Of a stretch of DNA of 64,000 nucleotides, positions 55,069-64,000 are shown piece after piece. Made by a program: the position numbers and the translations under genes. How positions within the stretch are numbered: the first letter of the stretch is position 1; every line of letters begins with the position of its first letter. The notes under the pieces were generated by a model. It was given only the letters and a program-made list of their open reading frames with translations. It was not told where the DNA came from and ran no database searches. The DNA comes from Eledone cirrhosa (Eukaryota): positions 38,192,001-38,256,000 of the forward strand of contig OZ024743.1 of assembly GCA_964016885.1 (NCBI GenBank). Reading direction: 5' to 3'.

Positions 55069-55344
55069 GCTGGCTAACTTGAGGAGAGGGGTGCTCTCCT
55101 AGGTGCCCTAGAAGCGCAGGGTGGTTCAGAATTGGTGGGGTACCCGAATCACCCCAGGGTCGTCCACCCCCTATCGGGGAATTTATTTTGTTTTATTTAT
55201 GCATAGTTTATTTTATATTTTTATATTTTCATTGTTAAATTAGTCTTGCCATTGTGCACTTTTACTCGACCTTATTGTAAACCCCTACTGTCCCTGTCTT
55301 TGCATTGTACCCTACATGTCGGCCCTTGTGGCCAATAAATGAAA

Positions 55345-55391
<47 letters not shown>

Positions 55392-55719
55392 ATTGAAAGA
55401 TGGGTGAGAGAAGCAAGAATTGTCCGAGTGAATGGGCCTCCTCTGAGCATGTGTCCGTAAATTAAAGGTGGAAAACTGGGAGAGAGCACTTGCCCTGGTG
55501 GTCAGGGTCACTGTGGCCTTTTAATGGGCTTTCTCCACAAATGTCCCTCGGAAGCCTCCCCCCTATTGGGGAATTTTTCATTGTTATTTTTTGTTACCTC
55601 CTCTGTTTTGGTTTTTACACGCAGAAATGCCCATTTGTACCGTCCTGTATTGTCCTGTACTGTCCTGTACTGTCCTTAATGTCTACTTTATGTAAACCCT
55701 TGTGGATAATAAAGAAAGT
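55392..55719 (+). mobile_element. Tx1-related 3'-end fragment
   Basis: aaagatgggtgagag..gtgaatgggcct..ctgagcatg resembles 55003-55050; AATAAA then (ATT)n. Confidence 0.75.
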
Positions 55720-55747
55720 ATTATTATTATTTTTATTATTATTATTA

Positions 55748-57451
55748 CAGTTGCATTTATCTTGCTTTATGTTCATACGAGTTATCACCAAGTCACAACC
55801 AGTGACCTCAAGAGACAACAAGGTCCGCCATGTTCAAGAAAGAACATACATACTCACACATGCATCTTTAGTGTTTAGATTTGTGATGTACTTATATTGA
55901 CAGAATCTTCCTTAGTATATAGGCAGTTCCCATTAGTACTATCTTTTGTATTTCTCCTATACGCGGGTTTCCTGGGATTTGCGATAAGTAATCATTAGAC
56001 CCCTTAGGTATCATTCCCAGAGCGCCTACAACCACTGGTATTGTTTTAGTTCTCAATTTCCACAATTTTCCAATTTCTATCTCAAGGTCCTTATACTTGC
56101 TCAATTTTTCAAATGTTTTTCTAGATACATTCTTGTCTATTGGAACGGACATATCAATTAGCAGGCATACCCTCTTTTTAAAGTCCTTCAATATTATATC
56201 AGGTCTATTTTCATCTATTTTTCGGTCTGTTTGGATGCTAAAGTTCCACAAGATTGAGATGTGATCTGTTTCAATTATGGGACGTGGTTGATGCTCCCAC
56301 CAATTCTTTTGATGGGGTAAGTCAAAATGCTTACACATTATCCAATGTATGTATTGTGCAGCTCTGTCATGCCTGTTTAGGTATTCGGTTGGAGCTATAG
56401 GACTGCACATTGAAATTATATGGTCAATGGTCTCTGGTTGTTTTTTGCATACACGGCATAATGGGCTGCATCCATTTTTTATTATGTTGGCTTGGTAATT
56501 TTTTGTTGGCAGACACTGATCTTGTGCTGATATAATCAGTCCTGCAGTCTCCGATTTCAGTCCAGAGGATGCCAACTACTGATGGGTTAAAGTTTGGTCA
56601 ACATCAGGATTGCTAGCTTGCTCTGGGTATTTTCCATACAGAGGGTTTTCTTGCCATTTCTTAGCCAGTTTCTGTAGCAGTTCTTTCTTTGCAGTTACTT
56701 TTACCTGCTTTGCTTTTTCTGTGTTTTCCATTTGAGCAGTAAATGGGACTTCTGAAATTTGTAGTCCATTACTGTATCTTTGTGCATCTTTTGTAATGGA
56801 ATATGATCTTTTGATGCTTTCGTGTTTCAAAACGAGTTTGATCATCCAATCATGTGATTCCCTTATGTAGATAATCCAATTGTTGCAGTTTTCAACGCAA
56901 TGTCTAACTGGATTAACCCTCGTCCTCCTTCTTTCCTAGGGAGATATATTCTATCTATATCTGCCTTAGGGTGATGCATTCTGTGCATGGTTAAGAATTT
57001 TCTAATTGTTGTATCGAGCCTACGGATCTCTGTGCTTGACCAGTTGATGACATTGTAACTGTAGGTTACTAGTGGTATGGCAAGCGTGTTTATGGCATCG
57101 ATCCTATTCCTTGCATTCAATTCCGTTCTTAAGATTGCTCTTACTCTGCCGTAACATTCCTTCCTTATCCTTTCCCTCATTGTCGAGCGCTTGATTCCGT
57201 CTCCTTCACAAACACCTAGATATTTGTAAGTTTTTTCTTCATCAAGTTCTCTTATCACGTTCCCCCGATCAAGATTAATGTCTGAACTCTTCAGCAGCTT
57301 TCCTCTGGTGAACGTTGCTTTGGCGCATTTATCTAGTCCAAACTCCATTTTAATGTCATCACTGAACTGCTTCACAGTGGATAATAGCCCTTGCAATTGT
57401 TCATCATTTTATGCAAATAGTTTCAGGTCATCCATGTAGAACAGGTGATTA
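55748..57451 (-). mobile_element. R4/Dong-clade LINE, family A copy 2 (5'-truncated)
   Basis: Same 3' UTR as the 47281 copy; NHLFYMDDLK; CRVC..ETIDHI..C; RHD; NRPDII; K..KY.DL. Confidence 0.9.
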
Positions 57452-60400
57452 AATGTCAAGCCACTACCTGTAGCCTCAGATATTCAGGACGTATCGGAGG
57501 GTTCTTGCTGTTCCCAGCAAGCATGCCTTTTGAAGCGTTCCAAAAAGCGGTGCGGGACCAATTTTCTTTAACCAACGTTGGAAACTCTTTGAGATAGTAC
57601 CTAGTGCGCCTATGAAAATCGAGACCACTTTGACCTCATGGCAGTTCCAAATCCTTTTTACCTCCCAATTTAAGTCCTGGTATCGGTTAATTTCTCCCTC
57701 TCCTTCTCTTGCACTCTCGTGTAGAATGGGCAGGCTACATCCACAATCAGGCACGATCTTTTTCCCTTGTCCAAAACCACTAGGTCAGGTCTTTTGTGTT
57801 CCAGTTTCTTGTCCGTCTGTATCCTAAAATCCCACAGCAACTTCAACTGATCGTTTTCCATCACCGACTCTGGTTTATGCTCATACCATTTCTCAGAATG
57901 TGGTAAATTGTTTACTTTGCATAGGTGCCAGTGGATCACCCTGCCCATCAAATAATGTCTCCAGCCTTTATAGTGAGTCTGGGCTAGGTGTTTACACTCG
58001 GATACAATGTGAGACACAGTCTCCTCTCTCTCTCCATAGATCCTACACAGTGGGCTAGCCTCCTCCTTGTAAATGTGGTGTTTCATCCACTTTGTTTTGA
58101 GGGCCTGCTCTTGCGCAGCCATTAGCATTCCTTCTGTAGCCTTTTTAAGGTCTCCTCTTTTCAACCAGTTCCATGTCTGTGGATCTCTAAATTCAATTTT
58201 CTCAAAGAAGTTACTATGAAGGGATTTTTCCTGAAGGTTACTCTTCCTCCTTGTCGTTATTTCCTCCTTCGACATCCCCTGGTCTATTGTTCTCTCCTTA
58301 AGTACAATTCTGAGCATTGGCTCCCTACTATAAGTCACGTATTTGTGTAGGTTATTTTTCCCCAACTGAACACAGTCCTCTATGCTGATAAGACCTCTTC
58401 CACCTTCAGATCTCCTTAAGTAGAGTCTATCGACATCACTCCTCTTGTGGAACATGTTGTAGATAGTCAATAGCTTCCTAGTCTTCCTATCCATTTCTTT
58501 TTGTTCAGCAACATTCCATGTCAGAATTCCCGCACTGTACCTAATAATAGACACAGCTCTGGAATTTACTGCACCTATGGCATTCCTACTGTTTAGATGT
58601 GACTTTAGTACGCTCCTTACTCTCCGAATGTATTCAGATCTTATCAATTCCTTCATTTTTTTGTTCTTGATGTCATCAGCCTCCAGAACACCTAAATACT
58701 TGTATCCCACTTCAGCATCAATTTCCTTTCTCATCTCACCTGTTGGTACCTGGATTCCGTTGCTTCTGTTCAATTTCCCCCTCTTCATCACAAGGACTCC
58801 ACACTTACTAATACAAAATTGCAAACATATATCATTGCTGAAAATACGGACAGTGTCAACAAGCACATCCAACTCCCTCTCACTCTTCTCACAGAGCTTA
58901 AGATCGTCCATGAAGAGGAGGTGATTGATGGTAAGCTCTCCCTTTCCCAACTCGTATCCTGCTCTCACTTTTCGCAGTATAATGGTCAGGGGGATCAGCG
59001 CAAGGAGAAACAAAAGAGGGGACAAACTATCTCTCTGGAAGTTACCTCTCTTGATCTTCACGCCTCCCAAGGATTCTCCGCCCGATGCTAACTCTGTTTT
59101 CCAGGACTTCATACTTTTGCTCAACAACTTCCTTATGTTATCTGCTACCCTGAAGATCTCTAGGCTTTTGGTTATCCAAGAATGAGGTACAATGTCGAAT
59201 GCCTTTTTGTAGTCTATCCATCCCATGGCAATACTAGTGTGTCTCCTCCTGCAATTCTTCATTACCATCTTATCAATAAGTAACTGGTCCTTTGTACCAC
59301 GGGACTTCTTTCAGCATCCTTTCTGTTCGTCCGGTAACAAGTTGTTTATGTAGAGGTGGTGGTATATTTCCTCAGACACATTGCTTGTTAACAATTTCCA
59401 CATTACGGACAGACATGTGATAGGTCTATAGTTGGTAACATCATTACCCTTGGTTCGGTCTTTCATTACCAGAACTGTGGTACCTTTTGTCAACCACTCT
59501 GGTACCTCACCTGACATCAAGCAGTCATTGAACATGGTTGTCAGTTCCGGGTGGAGGGATGTTATATTTTTAATCCAATACCCCTGCACACCATCTGGGC
59601 CTGGTGATTTCCAGCTGGTAAGTTTTCTGGCCTGCCCCTTAAGAGTTTCAACTGTGATACTCAAATCAGTTTGTTGGTGTGCCTGTTCACTAATCTCCTT
59701 TTGTACTGTCCCAATCCACACTGCCTGATCATTATGTTCAACATCCTGCTCCCATACTCCTCTCCAGAATGTCTTAGTTTGTTCCGCCTCAGGGATCAAG
59801 TCGTTGCCTCTTTCTTTCCCTTCAAGCTGTCCAAACAACATCTTCTGGTTGTTGTCAAACACTCGGTTTTGTTTATACTGACGGACTCTGCTCTCGTATC
59901 GCCTGATTTTTGCACTCTTTGCTACAATGCGTTGTTTCAGTTCCTCTATGATAATATTTTGCTTTTTCCTCCTAGTTTTGTACTTTATTTCCAGTCTATT
60001 TTTAGTGTCTATTTTTTGTATTGTCCCATTAGGGACTCAAGCTTTCCAATGTCATTTCTCATTTCCCTGATTTGAATATTCAGTCGTTTCGTCCATCAAG
60101 GTTCTGATCTTTCTTGTTTGTTGCTTCCTCTCGCTTTCATGCAAAGTAATTTCCTCACCGCATTTGCTGTTGCTTTGAGGATATCGTTGCACTGGTGAAG
60201 GCTCCTCGCCTCAAGGTATGGGATGACTTTGTTTACCTTAGCTGTTGTTTCTTTTAACTTTTTCCTGTCTAAAAATCTTAGGTTCATAGGTTTCCCACTA
60301 TCATTGTTCATTTCATCTACTACTAAGTTTAGTATATCAACCAAATCTTGTCCTAGCCCGTCAGCATTCATTTCCTCAATGGCCGTATCTTTGTTCTAGG

Positions 60401-60930
60401 TTTTATTTATTTCAGCATTCAGATCATTGTTTGCTTCGGATGCTTCCTCCGTTCTCTCAACCTCTTCACCTACATCTACCACTGGCTCGTTTGCCTGGCA
60501 TACTCCACTCTCCATTTCCAATCTAATCTCTCTGCTGAGTTCCTCCAGTTCCAGCTCGCTTATCCACCCATTAGTTCTTATTAACCGAGCCTGCCCGGCC
60601 AATTTTTGTTCATCTAATTTAAATAGACCCATCTTGTTCCAGATGCTATGCATCCGTTTCCTATAACCCTTTTCTTTGTGGTTACTCTTCAGGTAACATT
60701 GAATAACAGTTCTATTCAATTCTTTCGTCTAGTTCGTTCTGGTCGCTTTCCTTCTTCTTCTTCCTCCAACACCAGCAGTATTTGGATGACAACCAGGTCC
60801 CTGATGCTGGGCCAGGGAGCACCTGCTGGGTGAGAGTCTGTCACATGACATCCCAGTCTCCACTTCACCGTTATTCGAACTGTTTAGGTTCGACATTTAA
60901 ACACTCATATGGAGGATTGGTGAATGTATG
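57452..60930 (-). mobile_element. R4/Dong-clade LINE, family B, near full-length single ORF (decayed)
   Basis: ATG at 60896; N-terminal IQCY..S..KGYRKRM..IW; WKSPGPDG; NYRPITCL; WIDYKKAFD; HLLFMDDLK; KRPDLV. Confidence 0.9.
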
Positions 60931-60943
60931 GTTACATAAATAC

Positions 60944-60989
60944 CGGTGATTTGATCACCCCCAGTGATTTGATCACCCCTGGTGATTTT
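60944..60989. repeat. Short tandem repeat (gtgatttgatcacccc, ~18-19 nt unit, ~2.5 copies)
   Basis: Direct reading. Confidence 0.8.
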
Positions 60990-61746
60990 AGCGTGGCACT
61001 ATCACGCTGTAGACGAACATAAATAAATAAACAAATAAATAGGTAAAAACCTAAGAAAATAAGCATAAGTTTCATTGTAAGGTAATGTTTGAATGTCTGA
61101 CTTAGTTTGTTTGTGTATTTGTTTGTTTGTTTGTTTTTCTTTTCTTTTTTCTTTTCTTTACGTTTATCCTTGCTGCTGTGCTGTTTTGATTTTTGATTTT
61201 GATTTTTGATTTTTTGATTTTTTGACCGAGTCATCAAATCAGTCTATTTATATCTTTTGATGCCTTCCTCACTTAGTGGGAATACTTCGATACCTCTGTC
61301 TTAGCAGGAGGTAGTGGGAGAGTATATCGGCGGTAGCGATAATGAGGCAGTGGTGGTGGTGGTGATGTGATCATAGAACTGTTGTGGTGTTGAAGTTGAA
61401 GTGGGAAATAGAAGTTGGAGTAACTTGGCTAGATTGTTTTGGTTTGGTAGTGGTGATGGTGGCGGTGGTCGTATTGCTGGTGAAATTATTTGCCTGTCTG
61501 TCCACGTAGCAATTTTCCACTTCTTTGACTATAACATTTCTGATCCAAAATTAAATATTAAATATTTGGGCCCTATGTCATAATGTGATGCGTTGTCGCT
61601 TGCTCAGAGTAAAAAAAAAAAACTGTAATCCTATGTTTCATTTGTAATAAGAATTATTCTATCACAGTTGTTTTAAATATGTAAAAATCAAAACCTTACG
61701 GGAGCGATTACATAACGATATATCCCCCATGTGTGTTTTTTTCCCG

Positions 61747-61783
<37 letters not shown>

Positions 61784-64000
61784 GCATTGAATGCCATGGT
61801 TGACGGAGGCTCGGCTCTGTAAGGTATAGTAATTTTTAACTGCTATTACAATTGTAAATTGTTTAAAACTTTAACCAAATTGTAGACAAAAACACCCTCC
61901 TCCTCGTGAGAAGGGTCTTTCTGCCCGTTTTTAGCACTTCGAGGTTAAATAACCGCTTATTGAGTTTTTTTGCCCAATATTTATTTTAAACCCCAAAAAA
62001 ACATGGCTACAAAAAGAATTTTCCCCAGACGATCAAGTAAAAAGGGATGGAGAAACCATCATTCCTTTACGACAAGTAAGGTAAGTGGTTTTTCCCATCT
62101 TTTCCACTCCGTTTGAACATGACCGCACTCAGAATAGGCAGCATAAATGCGCGAGGCTTGGGGTCGTCATGGAAGCAGGGCCACCTGCTCAACGACCTCA
62201 GGTCACTAAACATAGATGTAGTGGCCATCAGCGAGACCAGATCTCCGAAGCACGGGCCTTCGTACCGATCTTCGGCGGCTACGATGTGTACGCATCTCCC
62301 AGACGTCCTGCATCGGGGGGAGGAGTTGCTGTGCTTTTTCGGAGAGGTTTGGATCTCGCCATATGGGCCATCTTCCTGGACCCAGAAGGTAAGTTGGTGG
62401 TGCTGGACGTGACCAGCGGAGACGGGCAAGCTTTCAGGCTAGTGGCCGTCTATGCCCCGACAGGAGCAGGGCGGCCTGATGTTTTCCGGCGTCTGGAGAC
62501 CTTTCTTGGAACGTCCCGCTCTTTAGTGTTAGTGGGCGACTGGAACAGGATCTTAGATGCACGCTGGGACTGTGTGGGTTTAGCGGATAGGGGAGGAGGG
62601 TGCAAGAGCCTCACCAACCTGCTCAGGCGTTTTGAACTGTCTGACAGGTACTGATTGGATTTCCCGAATGTGCCAATGTGGACTTGGACAAAACGCATAG
62701 GGTCATCCGGATCATATCTAGATAGAGTATTTTGTAGGGAAATAGATAGGTCTAGCATAGGCTGTCCACAATTCAAGATAGTCAGCTACACGCACAACAA
62801 ATTTGTGATCTGTGTGCTTGACTTAGATAGGCTTCATAGACGAGGACCCGGCTACTGGAAGCTAAACGTGTACTTACCAGCGCGCAAGGCCTACATAGAA
62901 CGAATTACCGAACTAGTTAAGCGGGCGTTGACGGGAGCCATCGTCAACAACAAGTGGTGGCTTGCTCTAAAAAGAGCGATTACAAGAGAGTCCATTAGGT
63001 TTAGTAACGCTTTAGCAATAGAGAAAAATAGAGCAGAGGGAGAACTAGTTAGACAATTAGACGAGGCGCTTAGCAAAGGCATCGCGACCGACGTGCTTGC
63101 GGCGAAATTGGCCCTTGAGCAATTCTTCAATGCAAAGCACGAAGGCTGCGTTGTCAGAGTTAGGGTGCGTGCTCTCAGAGACGAGGGGACGAAAGCCGTT
63201 CGGTGGGCCGGGTCGAAGGATGAACTTTAGTGTCTACCTCGACGGACTGCCGCGGCTCTCGGCCACTGAGGCGGAGTCTTGCGAAAAGCCGATAACAGCC
63301 GCTGAAGTACGGGAGGCAATGACTGGCTGCACAAGGGGTAAATCGCCTGGTTTGGATGGTCTTCCCTATGAACTTTATGTACAGATGCCAGACTTGTTCG
63401 GATGCTTCTTGGCGGACGTCTACTGCAAGTGGCAACAGAAAGGGAGAATTCCCAGCTCTATGATCCGAGGAGCGGTTGCACTGCTGAGGAAGGATCCGAA
63501 CAAGTGGGATAACATAGATAATTTCAGGCGCTTAACTCTGCTAAACACAAAGTTCAAGATTTTGGCCAAGGTGCTAGCAAAGAGGTTCTCGCTTGTCGTT
63601 GGTGGTCTGGTGGGAGAGGCGCAGACATGCGCCATTCCCGACAGATCCATCCACGACAACCACCACCTCATGCGATACACTGCTCTGTGGTGAGAGTGAA
63701 CGGTCACCTTTCGGAACCGTTCAACATTATGCGCTCGGTCCGCCAAGGATGTCCCCTCTCGTCCCTCTTGTATGTACTGACTCTCGATCCATTACTGCAC
63801 AAACTGGAGACGTTGAGGGGCGTCCCGCGCGAACTAGGATGCGGAAGATCCGTGTCAGCATATGCGGACGATGTCACCGTAGTGGTGTCGAACGCCAAAC
63901 ATCGAGGCGATCGGCACTACACTAAGAGAATACGAAGCGGTGACAGGTGCAATGGTCAACCAGGAAAAGTTAGCGGGCCTGCAGCTCGGCACCTGGAGAG
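61784..64000 (+). mobile_element. Second Tx1 LINE (ORF2 from 62119), internally deleted, runs off the window
   Basis: MTALRIGSINARGLGSSWKQG is paralogous to 51755; preceded by (ATT)n 61747-61783; YADD near 63861. Confidence 0.88.

Larger units (their letters stand above)
49627..55346 (+). mobile_element. Near full-length Tx1 (L1 clade) LINE, frameshifted
   Basis: ORF1 with zinc knuckle, ORF2 APE-RT-CCHC, AATAAA before the 3' end. Flanked by (ATT)n at 49611-49626 and 55347-55389. Confidence 0.9.

Noticed and set aside
60944-60989. Short repeats as a CRISPR-like array
   Set aside because: Tandem units with no spacers, in a eukaryotic context.
50121-63898. Many overlapping opposite-strand ORFs
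   Set aside because: Antisense or alternate-frame shadows of LINE ORFs.

Overview
AT-rich eukaryotic DNA, dense in (TA)n/(CA)n microsatellites and consisting mostly of repeats. No intact host gene is recognisable. The abundant Nin/Deu-domain SINE and the microsatellite load suggest a coleoid cephalopod such as Octopus (inference). Bases 1-47,000 carry many short Penelope-like element (PLE) pieces set in (TA)n tracts. I read by eye about 14 well-formed and about 5 decayed type I hammerhead ribozyme (HHR) motifs from at least 9 sequence families. Some have unusually long stem II insertions (36-63 nt) or U3:A8 compensatory cores. Many sit in fold-back palindromes or in tail-to-tail inverted pseudo-LTRs around GIY-YIG fragments. 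This part also holds SINEs, an internally deleted Tc1/mariner element, and RTE and CR1 fragments. Bases 47,270-64,000 are a stack of R4/Dong (minus strand) and Tx1/L1 (plus strand) LINEs, mostly joined at (ATT)n tracts, including a direct R4-R4 junction. Most ORFs in the supplied track are microsatellite or antisense artefacts. All assignments come from manual motif and base-pair reading; no searches or folding computations were run, and repeat boundaries are approximate.
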